From assembly GCA_964544145.1 (NCBI GenBank), contig CAZJAT010000005.1, positions 19,882 to 83,881 of the forward strand: a stretch of DNA of 64,000 bases, in the 5' to 3' direction. The position numbers were made by a program, and so were the translations under genes. The notes under the pieces are model-generated. The model was not told the DNA's origin. It ran no database searches and saw only the letters and a list, made by a program, of their open reading frames with translations. Shown in pieces: positions 44,808-54,499 of this stretch (positions within the stretch are counted from its first letter, which is position 1; every line of letters begins with the position of its first letter). The stretch is from an uncultured Bacteroidales bacterium. GTDB taxonomy: Bacteria; Hydrothermota; 32-111.

Positions 44808-47363
44808 ATGGAAAAGCACTATGATTTCGCTTTAGCTCAGAAAAAATGGATAAAGAGATGGAAAGAAGAAAATACCTGGCATGCTGTAGCTGATAATAGA
44901 AAATCATACAGCATTGTAATACCGCCTCCCAATGTGACAGATATTCTTCATCTGGGACATGCTTTGAATAATACCATACAGGATATTCTGATTAGGTATA
45001 ATCGAAATAAGGGATTCAATACAGAATGGTTGCCTGGAACCGATCATGCGGGTATAGCAACACAGGTTGTTGTTGAAAAACGTCTTGCAGTTCAGAACAG
45101 AACTAAGAATGATCTTGGAAGAGAATTGTTTGTTGATGAGGTATGGTCATGGGTTAATGACAGAAAGGATACAATACTGAAGCAATTAGAAGGTATTGGA
45201 GCATCATGTGATTGGGATAGAAAGAAATTTACACTGGATAGCGACCTTTCTGAAACCGTGGCAATAGTGTTTAAGAAATTATATGATGAAAAGTATATTT
45301 ACAGAGGAACATATATTGTCAACTGGTGTCCAAGATGTCATACTGCATTGTCTGATGAGGAAGTTGAATATGAAAACAGAAACGGTAAATTATACTATTT
45401 GCGTTATCCGCTGAAAGATAAGAAAGAGCATATAATTATTGCTACAACAAGACCTGAAACAATGCTCGGAGATACAGGCATTGCCATTAATCCGAATGAT
45501 GAAACAAAACAGCATCTAATCGGCAGTACTGTAATACTGCCATTAGTTAATAGGGAAATACCAATTGTCGCCGATAATTATGTTGATATGGAATTTGGTA
45601 CCGGCTTTGTAAAGGTCACTCCTGCTCATGATCCCAATGATTTTGAAATAGGTAAACGTCATGGATTGGAAGAAATAATTATTATGGATGAAAACGGAAT
45701 AATCAATCATAATGGAAAAGAATACGAGGGATTGCGCAGGGAAGATGCAAGAAAGAAGATTATTGATGATTTAGATGAGATGGGACTGATAGAAAGGATT
45801 GAAGATTATAATAATTCAGTAGGAACATGCTATAGATGTCATACCACAATAGAACCATATTTATCTGAACAGTGGTTTGTAAAAATGAGTGAACTTGCAA
45901 AACCTGCTTTGAGAGCTTCAGTAAATGGTGATATCTCATTTTACCCGACAAGGTGGAAAGGGGTTTATGATCATTGGTTGAACAATATCAAGGACTGGTG
46001 TATATCGAGGCAGTTATGGTGGGGACACAGAATTCCTGTTTATTACTGTGATGACTGCAAAGAAGAATTTGTAAGTATTAAGAAGGCTGTTGAATGTCCC
46101 AAATGTAAATCAAGTAATATCAGACAGGATGAAAATGTACTGGATACATGGTTTTCTTCATGGTTATGGCCTTTCTCCACATTGGGATGGAAAGACAATA
46201 CAGAGATATATAAGCAATTTTATCCTACAAATGTCATTGTTTCAGCCTCAGAAATACTATTTTTCTGGATAGCAAGAATGATAATAGCCGGATTGCATTT
46301 CACTGGGGAATTGCCCTTTAAAGATATTTATATTCACGGTACAGTTAGGGACGATAAAGGCCGCAAGATGTCTAAGTCCTTAGGTAATGGTATAGATCCT
46401 CTGGAAATCACATCTGAATTCGGTGCAGATGCATTAAGATTCTCATTGTTATATGTTGCAGGTCAGGGAAAGGATCCCAATATTAATAAATCAACATTTG
46501 AGCTTGGAAGAAATTTCGCCAATAAAATATGGAATGCAGTAAGATATATTCTCTTAAATGAAGAGCATATATCAGTTGCAGAAACTGTTTCACCTGAAAA
46601 TATATTTGACGGCTGGATACTCAGTAAATTGTATGAACTTGAACAATCAGCAGAAAAAAACCTTAATTCATATAGATTCTATGATTATGTAAGGGATGTA
46701 TATGATTTCTTCTGGCATGATTTCTGTGACTGGTATTTAGAGATTATCAAGGCAAATAGTGAAAGCAATAGGATTGCAATATACATTATAAACAGATTTA
46801 TCTCACTATTAAATCCTATAATGCCATTTATTACTGAAGAGATAAATGAAATTTTGGGTAATAGTGAACCTATTCACAAAAAATCAATTGATAATACTGA
46901 ATTTGAATTTAAAAATAATATTATAATGATGGAAACATTAAAATCCCTAATCACAAGTATTCGTAATTTTACTGCCGAAACGGGAATGAATAATATTCAA
47001 ATTATGACAAACAGTGAATCTGAATTTATATATGAACATCTTGAATTGATTAAGGCTTTAACAAAGAATAATGAATTGATAATAATAGAAAAAAAGCCGG
47101 AGAAAGCAATTCCTGCAGTATTCAATCAAGGTATGCTGTTTATACCATCACAGGATATAGAAAATCCTGAAATAATCTTGGATAATTATCGAAATGAACA
47201 GCTGACATTAAGCAAACAATTAGAAAAGACCCAAAACACTTTAAATAACGAGAATTTTCTTAATAAAGCTAATCCTGTCATAATTGAAGAAATGAGGATT
47301 AAAGCAAATACTTTAAAGGAGAAAATAAACAGAATCAATGTTATTATTGATTCTCTAAAATAA
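44808..47363 (+). CDS. valS: Valine--tRNA ligase (start taken at the second ATG, preceded by SD GAGGAG; track ORF begins at 44796)
   Basis: HIGH motif PNVTDILHLGHA, KMSKS motif KMSKSLGN, CP1 editing insert, C-terminal coiled coil; ~850 aa. Confidence 0.9.
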   Translation: MEKHYDFALAQKKWIKRWKEENTWHAVADNRKSYSIVIPPPNVTDILHLGHALNNTIQDILIRYNRNKGFNTEWLPGTDHAGIATQVVVEKRLAVQNRTKNDLGRELFVDEVWSWVNDRKDTILKQLEGIGASCDWDRKKFTLDSDLSETVAIVFKKLYDEKYIYRGTYIVNWCPRCHTALSDEEVEYENRNGKLYYLRYPLKDKKEHIIIATTRPETMLGDTGIAINPNDETKQHLIGSTVILPLVNREIPIVADNYVDMEFGTGFVKVTPAHDPNDFEIGKRHGLEEIIIMDENGIINHNGKEYEGLRREDARKKIIDDLDEMGLIERIEDYNNSVGTCYRCHTTIEPYLSEQWFVKMSELAKPALRASVNGDISFYPTRWKGVYDHWLNNIKDWCISRQLWWGHRIPVYYCDDCKEEFVSIKKAVECPKCKSSNIRQDENVLDTWFSSWLWPFSTLGWKDNTEIYKQFYPTNVIVSASEILFFWIARMIIAGLHFTGELPFKDIYIHGTVRDDKGRKMSKSLGNGIDPLEITSEFGADALRFSLLYVAGQGKDPNINKSTFELGRNFANKIWNAVRYILLNEEHISVAETVSPENIFDGWILSKLYELEQSAEKNLNSYRFYDYVRDVYDFFWHDFCDWYLEIIKANSESNRIAIYIINRFISLLNPIMPFITEEINEILGNSEPIHKKSIDNTEFEFKNNIIMMETLKSLITSIRNFTAETGMNNIQIMTNSESEFIYEHLELIKALTKNNELIIIEKKPEKAIPAVFNQGMLFIPSQDIENPEIILDNYRNEQLTLSKQLEKTQNTLNNENFLNKANPVIIEEMRIKANTLKEKINRINVIIDSLK

Positions 47364-48439
47364 TGTCTAATACTATAAAGAAAGGAATTAAATTATTCTT
47401 AGCGATAACAGTGATAACATTATTGGTATTGCTTATTATGACTGTATCAGATGAAACATTGAATTCGCTGAAGAGGATGCAGCCGATATATTTCCTTTAT
47501 GCCTTCATTATGCTTGTAATATATTATTTTTTGGATGCAGTACGCATTAAGGTTATTTGCAGGGCTTTGGGATATAATGTTCCAATAAGAACAGGTTTGG
47601 ATATAATCATTTCGGGGATATTCTTAGCAGCAGTAACACCATTTCAGACAGGTGGTTTGCCTGTTCAGCTGTATGTACTCAAACAGAGAAATATATCATA
47701 TGGTGAAGGTTCATTGATTTTATTTATGAGGGGAGTTACAGCATTGTTTTTCTATATTGTAGCATTGCCATTTATATTTGGTATATATGCCAATGTGTTT
47801 TCATCTTCAATTGTCCAGAATCTTATAAAATATCTGCTAATTGCATATGGAGTTGCAGTTTTATTTTTTGTGTTTGCACTCTTTGCACCGGATAAAATTA
47901 TACGTTTACTTTATAAATTTGACAGTTTCCTTAAAACGATCAAGGTGTTGAAATCTGACAAGATAATTAGAGTTATCAATTGGTTTGAAGAAGAAGTGGA
48001 AATGTTTTTAAAAGGATTGAAGTTATTCTTCACCAAAAGAAAGCTATATATTTTTACATCGCTTATTCTGACATTTATTTCATTTATATTTTTCTTTTCA
48101 ATTGCATTGATTATACTGCTAGGATTGGGTGTGCCTGTTAAAAATCCTATAGAAGTAGTAAATCTGCAATTTCTTCATGCATTTTTAGTTATGTTTATGC
48201 CAACCCCGGGAGCCAGCGGGATATCTGAAACACTTTTTGCAACATTGTTCAGTTCAGTCTGCTCCAGGGAATTGCTTGGCATATATGCTATATTATGGAG
48301 ATTCTTCACATTTTATTTAGGTGCTGCAATAGGTGGCTTCCTTACTCTGCACATTATAAACAGGTCAGGTAAATCCATTGAGGAATTAAAGGAAGAAAAC
48401 TCATTAACATCACATAAAATTGATGAAGAAAAGAATTAA
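47363..48439 (+). CDS. Flippase-like/UPF0104 (lysyl-PG synthase TM-domain-like) polytopic membrane protein
   Basis: ~8 predicted TM helices; signature FMPTPGASGISETLF; start overlaps the valS stop (TAATG). Confidence 0.55.
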   Translation: MSNTIKKGIKLFLAITVITLLVLLIMTVSDETLNSLKRMQPIYFLYAFIMLVIYYFLDAVRIKVICRALGYNVPIRTGLDIIISGIFLAAVTPFQTGGLPVQLYVLKQRNISYGEGSLILFMRGVTALFFYIVALPFIFGIYANVFSSSIVQNLIKYLLIAYGVAVLFFVFALFAPDKIIRLLYKFDSFLKTIKVLKSDKIIRVINWFEEEVEMFLKGLKLFFTKRKLYIFTSLILTFISFIFFFSIALIILLGLGVPVKNPIEVVNLQFLHAFLVMFMPTPGASGISETLFATLFSSVCSRELLGIYAILWRFFTFYLGAAIGGFLTLHIINRSGKSIEELKEENSLTSHKIDEEKN

Positions 48440-49418
48440 AATCGGTGTCCTACTTTTATTTTTCTGTACATTAATTGCATATATTACTTTAACTGCAGTT
48501 TTTGTCCGTGATGTACCGAGTCTCTCAATACTCGATTTAACATGGAACCGGGTAATTTTTATTGCAGTCTTATTTATATTATTGTATGTTTTTAACTCCT
48601 TGCGTGTTTTTGAATTAGCTAAGGCATTCACATCAACATTTACATTTAAAGATTCACTGATATTCACTATGGGAGGAATCTTTCTCGGTCTCATTACCCC
48701 GTTTCAATCTGGAGGAATTCCCTTTCAGATATATCTGCTGAGTAAACGGGGTGTGCATGCAGGAGAGGGAGCATCGCTTCTATTTATAAGGGGCATTCAG
48801 TCTTTTCTGATATTCTTGATTACCATTCCATTCACATTTATTTTTTTCTCACAATTATTTGACAATAATCTGGTGTCAGCTTTATTCAGATATTTATTGG
48901 GTTTCTATATTTCAGTTATTATAATTATCGGTATTGCCGTACTCTTTACAGAGGGATTAAAGAGACTAGTATGTAAAATAAAACATAGGGGTCTGAAAGA
49001 AATATTACTGAAAGTGCTTGGGGAAACAAATAATTTCAAATATGGACTTGTAAATTACTTGAAAAAAGCAAAACTTCATTTTGTTTTTTCAACAGTATAT
49101 ACTGCACTATCACTCTATCTCATGTTCTCAATGACATATTTTATAGTTTTAATATGCGGAGGTAAAAATGATTTTTTCCTGTCATTTAACATTCAGCTTT
49201 TGTTAACATATTTGCTTGCTTTTGTACCCACACCCGGTTCGAGCGGTTTTGCGGAGGGCTCGGGTGCTCTGTTTTATTCAATACTGATTCCTAAGAACAA
49301 TATTCTCATTTATATATTCATGTGGCGTTTGATTACCACATATATACCTTCTCTTATCGGATTTTTTTCCATTTCTGCGTATTTAAAGGCTTTCTTAGCT
49401 GAATATGATTCTACTTGA
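48420..49418 (+). CDS. Flippase-like/UPF0104 polytopic membrane protein, paralog of the upstream gene
   Basis: Signature FVPTPGSSGFAEGSGALF; similar TM topology; 20-nt overlap with the paralog. Confidence 0.55.
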   Translation: MMKKRIKIGVLLLFFCTLIAYITLTAVFVRDVPSLSILDLTWNRVIFIAVLFILLYVFNSLRVFELAKAFTSTFTFKDSLIFTMGGIFLGLITPFQSGGIPFQIYLLSKRGVHAGEGASLLFIRGIQSFLIFLITIPFTFIFFSQLFDNNLVSALFRYLLGFYISVIIIIGIAVLFTEGLKRLVCKIKHRGLKEILLKVLGETNNFKYGLVNYLKKAKLHFVFSTVYTALSLYLMFSMTYFIVLICGGKNDFFLSFNIQLLLTYLLAFVPTPGSSGFAEGSGALFYSILIPKNNILIYIFMWRLITTYIPSLIGFFSISAYLKAFLAEYDST

Positions 49419-49467
49419 AAATTAAAAATAATCATATATATTATTATTTACTAAATAAGGAGCAAAA

Positions 49468-50616
49468 ATGAATATATACTTGGATAACAATGCAACAACA
49501 ATGATTGATGCAAGAGTCCTGGATAATATGAAAAGATATTTAAGTGATGTATATGGAAATTCATCATCCCATCACGAAATCGGTCTTCAGGCAGGGACTT
49601 TGCTTAATGAGTCCAGGGAAAAAATTGCACATCTGATTAATTGTGATGCAGATGAAATCATCTTCACCGGTTCAGGTACTGAAAGTGATAATATGGGGGT
49701 ACGCGGATATATGAATAAATTCAAACCCGGAGAAGCTCATATTATTGTATCAGCGATTGAACATCCTGCGGTTCTTAATAATGCTAAACAATTGATTAAG
49801 GAGGGATATGCTGTTGATTTTGCTCCTGTTGGTATAGATTCTATTATTGATATGGATAAGCTAAAGGTATTGATTAAAGAAAACACAAAATTAATATCAG
49901 TGATGACAGCAAATAATGAAACAGGGTCATTGCAGCCTGTAAAGAAGATTGCAGAATTTGCAAAGGAAAAAGGGATTGTGTTTCATACAGATGCAGTGCA
50001 GACAATGGGAAAACTTCCTGTAGATGTGAAGGAAATCGGATGTGATATGCTCTCTGCGTCAGCGCATAAATTCTATGGTCCCAAAGGTGTGGGTTTTCTT
50101 TATATTAGAAAGAATATAAGGATAATGCCTGTGATGTTTGGAGGGAGACATGAATACCAACTTAGGCCAGGTACAGTGAATGTCCCTTCAATAGCGGGTA
50201 TGGCAGATGCCCTAGAATATGATTTAAAGGAATATGAGAGCAATAAGCTCAGGATACTTGCTTTGAGAGAAAGACTGAAGAATGGTCTGTTGTCAAATAT
50301 TGACACAGTGAAGATCAATACACCTGAGAAATCAATATACAACACCCTTAATGTTTCATTACCTGGTCTTGAAGGAGAATCTATGCTGCTGGAATTAAAT
50401 AGCAGAGGTGTTTATGTTTCCACCGGATCAGCATGTTCTTCAGACAGTCTGCAAGCATCACATGTAATGATGGCAATGGGAAATGACCATCTGCATGCTC
50501 ATGGTTCTTTACGCCTTTCACTAGGTAAGTATAATACTGAAGAAGAAATTGACTGTGCTGTTAAAATCATAACAGAATCAGTAAACAGAATCCGGGAAAT
50601 ATCGCCCTATAAATAG
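49468..50616 (+). CDS. nifS: Cysteine desulfurase (NifS/IscS class V aminotransferase)
   Basis: PLP-Lys in SASAHKFYGPKGVGFLY, catalytic Cys in STGSACSS, 382 aa. Confidence 0.88.
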   Translation: MNIYLDNNATTMIDARVLDNMKRYLSDVYGNSSSHHEIGLQAGTLLNESREKIAHLINCDADEIIFTGSGTESDNMGVRGYMNKFKPGEAHIIVSAIEHPAVLNNAKQLIKEGYAVDFAPVGIDSIIDMDKLKVLIKENTKLISVMTANNETGSLQPVKKIAEFAKEKGIVFHTDAVQTMGKLPVDVKEIGCDMLSASAHKFYGPKGVGFLYIRKNIRIMPVMFGGRHEYQLRPGTVNVPSIAGMADALEYDLKEYESNKLRILALRERLKNGLLSNIDTVKINTPEKSIYNTLNVSLPGLEGESMLLELNSRGVYVSTGSACSSDSLQASHVMMAMGNDHLHAHGSLRLSLGKYNTEEEIDCAVKIITESVNRIREISPYK

Positions 50617-50625
50617 GAGAAAGAG

Positions 50626-51003
50626 ATGTATTCAAAAGAAGTAATAGAGCATTTTCGAAATCCGCGCAATGTCGGCAAAATGAAAGACCCCGATGGCATT
50701 GGACATGTAGGTAATCCGCAATGTGGCGATGAGATGATTATATATATTAAAGTGGATAATAATATAATAGTAGATGTAAGCTTTGAGACATTCGGATGTG
50801 CGGCAGCTATTGCTTCATCATCAATGACAACAGAATTGGTAAAAGGCAAGAGTATAGAAGAAGCATTGAAAATAACAAACAAGCAGGTAGCTGATAAACT
50901 CGGAGGATTACCTCAAAATAAAATACATTGTTCAGTATTGGCAGAGGACGGGATTAAATCAGCTATTGATGATTATAATGAGAAAAAGAATGAAAGAGTT
51001 TGA
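50626..51003 (+). CDS. nifU: Fe-S cluster assembly scaffold (NifU N-terminal/IscU-like)
   Basis: GNPQCGDEMIIYIKV, FETFGCAAAIASSSM, conserved three-Cys pattern; 125 aa. Confidence 0.85.
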   Translation: MYSKEVIEHFRNPRNVGKMKDPDGIGHVGNPQCGDEMIIYIKVDNNIIVDVSFETFGCAAAIASSSMTTELVKGKSIEEALKITNKQVADKLGGLPQNKIHCSVLAEDGIKSAIDDYNEKKNERV

Positions 51004-51727
51004 TGATTTAATAGAGATTATCAGGCGTCTAAGGAAGGACTGCCCATGGGACAGGAAACAGACCCATCATTCATTAAGGAAATATGCGGTTGAAGAGGCC
51101 TATGAATTGGTAGAGGCTGTGGAAAATGGAGATCCTCAATGGATAAAGGACGAGGTGGCAGATATGTTAACACAGGTCATGCTGCATACAGCAATAGCAG
51201 AAGAAACTGGAGAATTTGATTTTAAAGATATGCTTGAACATCATATTGATAAATTAAAGAGAAGGCATCCCCATATTTTTGCTGACGCGTCAGCAGAAGA
51301 CGAGAAGGAAGTATTGAAGAACTGGGTTAATATTAAGAAAAAGGAAAAAAATGATTATTCAGTTATGGACAGTATTCCTGTGCTTCCAGCCCTGCTTTTG
51401 TCTGCGAAAATCCAGAAACGAGCATCAACAATGGGTTTTGACTGGGAAAATATAAGTGGGGTTTATGATAAAATATATGAAGAGATAGAAGAGCTCAAGC
51501 AGGCCGAGACTATGGAACATGCTGAGGAAGAATTGGGGGATCTGCTCTTTGCTGTTTCTCATTTGGCAAATCATTTGGGTATAGACCCTGAGATTGCTTT
51601 AAAGCAAGCAGTAAATAAATTTATTTCACGATTCAGGGACGTTGAGAATGCAATAAATAAATCAGAGCATCAATTATCTATTGTAGAAATGGAAGAAATA
51701 TGGCAGACAGCAAAACGAAAGGACTAA
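50966..51727 (+). CDS. mazG: Nucleoside triphosphate pyrophosphohydrolase MazG
   Basis: Two MazG EExxE-type repeats (AVEEAYELVEAVE..., EELGDLLFAV); WDRKQTHHSLRKY N-terminal block. Confidence 0.85.
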   Translation: MMIIMRKRMKEFDDLIEIIRRLRKDCPWDRKQTHHSLRKYAVEEAYELVEAVENGDPQWIKDEVADMLTQVMLHTAIAEETGEFDFKDMLEHHIDKLKRRHPHIFADASAEDEKEVLKNWVNIKKKEKNDYSVMDSIPVLPALLLSAKIQKRASTMGFDWENISGVYDKIYEEIEELKQAETMEHAEEELGDLLFAVSHLANHLGIDPEIALKQAVNKFISRFRDVENAINKSEHQLSIVEMEEIWQTAKRKD

Positions 51728-52452
51728 ATAGCCCCTTCGTTTGAATTGTTTTCCTTTTCTTCTGATGGACTGTTGTCCGAAGTTTTTTTCTTGTTAAGCC
51801 CTAACTGATTCATAATCGTTTCCATATCAGCCTTAGTTTCATATCCTTTTGTATTTTTGTGCGACAAATCAATCTTTAATCCCCGGAGCATATATTTTAT
51901 AAAATCCTCTTTGTCCATCTTCAATGCTGTAGGTCCTTTTGCTTCAATAAGGTCAATCCTTATCTTATGTTTTTCAATTATTGAGGTTAATGGCAGCTCT
52001 TCATAATGGTCAAATCTTCTGTAGGATGATATATCAGCTTGAAATTTATTTGTATTTGTGTTGCTTATTAAATCACTTCCATCATCAAAAACGGAAATAA
52101 TGGATATGTAAGGTAAGTCAGAAAGTCCAAGATATTTCTGTATCACATTGGGTAGATTCTGGGATACTAATGCAAAAAGATTATCATCGCTGAAGAAATA
52201 TCCTCTATGATAATTGGGAAAGGCGATATTCTCTATTGTGTAATCAGTAAGTTTTTCTGCTCCCAAACCAAGGATTTCCTTCTCTTTACTTAAAAAATAT
52301 GATGTATTGATAGAAGGCATAATGGGTTTTTCCTTGATTGATGCTATTTCAGGAATATCAGTTAATTCATTTTTCTTATACATTATGAATACATAGCCGA
52401 CTACTGCAATGAGTATAATGAATACAATAATGAATAGCATACATACTCCCAT
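51724..52452 (-). CDS. Hypothetical single-pass membrane protein
   Basis: N-terminal TM MLFIIVFIILIAVVGYVFIMY; no recognisable domain; Ser/Glu-rich C-terminus. Confidence 0.4.
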   Translation of the reverse strand: MGVCMLFIIVFIILIAVVGYVFIMYKKNELTDIPEIASIKEKPIMPSINTSYFLSKEKEILGLGAEKLTDYTIENIAFPNYHRGYFFSDDNLFALVSQNLPNVIQKYLGLSDLPYISIISVFDDGSDLISNTNTNKFQADISSYRRFDHYEELPLTSIIEKHKIRIDLIEAKGPTALKMDKEDFIKYMLRGLKIDLSHKNTKGYETKADMETIMNQLGLNKKKTSDNSPSEEKENNSNEGAI

Positions 52453-52491
52453 TGTTAAGAGCAGGACTTATAAGTCCTGCTCTGTTTACAA

Positions 52492-53646
52492 TTATTCAGA
52501 TTCTGCGGGTTCTTCTTTTTCAATTCCTGTTTTATCTTCAACCTCTTCCTCTTCTTCCAGCTCATCGAAGTCCTCTTCTTTTTCTTCCAAAAGATTCACA
52601 TCATCCTTAATCTTTACAAGATTAACATATATTAATGTCAAACCTGCTGTCCATGATGTGATAAAATAGGAAATAATTGAAAAACCGATAATATAGAATA
52701 CAATACCAAGAAGAACACTGGCAATATTCACAGCCCAATTACCTGTTGTAAATGGATGATATGACAACATGAATGGAACGAATTTAATTGCAATCTGTTC
52801 AGAAATATTGTATGCGGGGACTGGGGGAAGGAAATGGAATCCATTTGCCCATATATGCAGCCATGAGCCTCCATTCCATAGTGATAATGCCCATCTTGTC
52901 AATTCCATAGTATATCTCAAAATCAGACTCAATATAACTGTTCCAATTGAACTCATTGCCATCACAAGACCTGACCATAGAATCAAACGCCATGGCTGGT
53001 CCCAAACGATGGAGAATATCTCGAAGAGAGTATCAAATGTATCGGATTTTGATGTTCCTGCAACAACAGGTGATACAAATAATGATACTGCAAATATAAT
53101 TATCAAATAAACTGTGAACAGAGCTCCGAACAGAATCGGAACAATGAATAAAATTAGGAAAAGTGGACCAAAGAACGGAATACGTCCTATTAATCCAAAT
53201 AGGAATGCACCTAAAAGCATTATAGCAATTAAAATAATCAGTGTTATAGGAGCAAGGAATGCACTTTTCCAGAATTTTAGCGCATATTTGTTTGCCTCTT
53301 TCATTTCAAAGAATTCATTTCCTTTAAGTTGCTCAAATGTAATCTTAGCAACAGCCGTTTGGCCGAAAATAAAAGCAATGAAATAAAGAACAATTCCTAT
53401 TCCCCAAATGATCCATGAGTACCAGTGCATTACTGTAATCCCCAAAACAGGTATAGGGAATAGTTTATAGATATTCCATATATCTGCTATTGTGTTGCCA
53501 TTTGTCATATATGCTATATAAGCAAAGATGAAATAAAGTATAAAACCTATTATCATCGATGATATCATGACAAACAGTTTTTTTAAGGATAAACCCAATC
53601 TGGTCGCTCTGAAGAGATCCTTGAAGTTATAATGGAGCTCTATCAT
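52492..53646 (-). CDS. Hypothetical polytopic membrane protein with strongly acidic C-terminal tail
   Basis: At least 7 hydrophobic segments; C-terminal EEKEEDFDELEEEEEVEDKTGIEKEEPAESE. Confidence 0.45.
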   Translation of the reverse strand: MIELHYNFKDLFRATRLGLSLKKLFVMISSMIIGFILYFIFAYIAYMTNGNTIADIWNIYKLFPIPVLGITVMHWYSWIIWGIGIVLYFIAFIFGQTAVAKITFEQLKGNEFFEMKEANKYALKFWKSAFLAPITLIILIAIMLLGAFLFGLIGRIPFFGPLFLILFIVPILFGALFTVYLIIIFAVSLFVSPVVAGTSKSDTFDTLFEIFSIVWDQPWRLILWSGLVMAMSSIGTVILSLILRYTMELTRWALSLWNGGSWLHIWANGFHFLPPVPAYNISEQIAIKFVPFMLSYHPFTTGNWAVNIASVLLGIVFYIIGFSIISYFITSWTAGLTLIYVNLVKIKDDVNLLEEKEEDFDELEEEEEVEDKTGIEKEEPAESE

Positions 53647-53833
53647 AAATCCTCCTGTTTTTGATTGTTATTTCAGATATTTAATTATCACAATAATTAT
53701 CAATGCGAATAATACAATAAATTTGATAAGATGTCCTTTAAATGAGTAAGTGTATTTTTCCCTGTGAATTAATTTATACTTATCAAAATATTTCATAAAT
53801 CTAATATTATCATAAAGGCATATATTGTCAAGT

Positions 53834-54445
53834 TTAATTATTTATATATATAAAGAAGAGTATTGGATTATAAAATTTCTCAAATAATTCTTCAATTTGT
53901 TTACAATCAATTGAATAACTGAGATATGTTTGCCTGTTATCCCTAATGCCTATGAATTTGGGGGGTATTTTAAGAATTTCAAAGTGAAGATGGTCGAGGT
54001 ATTCACCCCATTTGTCAAGTTTCTCTGAATCAATAAAACTGGCTATAACAGAAAAATGATTAACAGTGTCCCCGGGCTCAACCACTATATCAACAATGTG
54101 GGTATAGGTGGAATATATTGTGCGGCCATCATTGAGATTATGTTTTATTATCACATTTGATGATGATTTATTTTTCAACACAGAGATTACTTTCCCCTCA
54201 GCACAGGCAAACACAGGATTAATCTCTCCAGGTTTTTTCCCTGGATTCATAATATCAATTCCAGAATGGAAGTGAGAGGGTATATTGTTATAGCTTTTTC
54301 TCAAGATACCGAATTCTCCTACTGAGGTTATATATGAGGATTTGAGAATTCTGCGGTTTTTTACATCTATTGGAAGGTAGAATTCCAAACCTGATGTGAA
54401 AATCGGCAGTATGAGAAGTAGAAATAGTGCTTTATTTTTTTTCAT
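53834..54445 (-). CDS. M23-family (LytM-domain) peptidase, secreted
   Basis: Signal peptide MKKNKALFLLLILPIFTSG; HFHSGIDIM (HxxxD) and HLHFE (HxH) zinc-site motifs. Confidence 0.65.
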   Translation of the reverse strand: MKKNKALFLLLILPIFTSGLEFYLPIDVKNRRILKSSYITSVGEFGILRKSYNNIPSHFHSGIDIMNPGKKPGEINPVFACAEGKVISVLKNKSSSNVIIKHNLNDGRTIYSTYTHIVDIVVEPGDTVNHFSVIASFIDSEKLDKWGEYLDHLHFEILKIPPKFIGIRDNRQTYLSYSIDCKQIEELFEKFYNPILFFIYINN

Positions 54446-54499
54446 AATTCTATATAATTATATGTAAAAATTAATATAATTCAACAGCAAAGGGTTAAT

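Noticed and set aside
53647-53833. 187-nt AT-rich intergenic region between the membrane-protein gene and the M23 peptidase gene, examined for a small RNA or terminator
   Set aside because: No stable GC-containing hairpin with T-run and no conserved ncRNA motif recognisable by eye; probably just promoter or UTR sequence.
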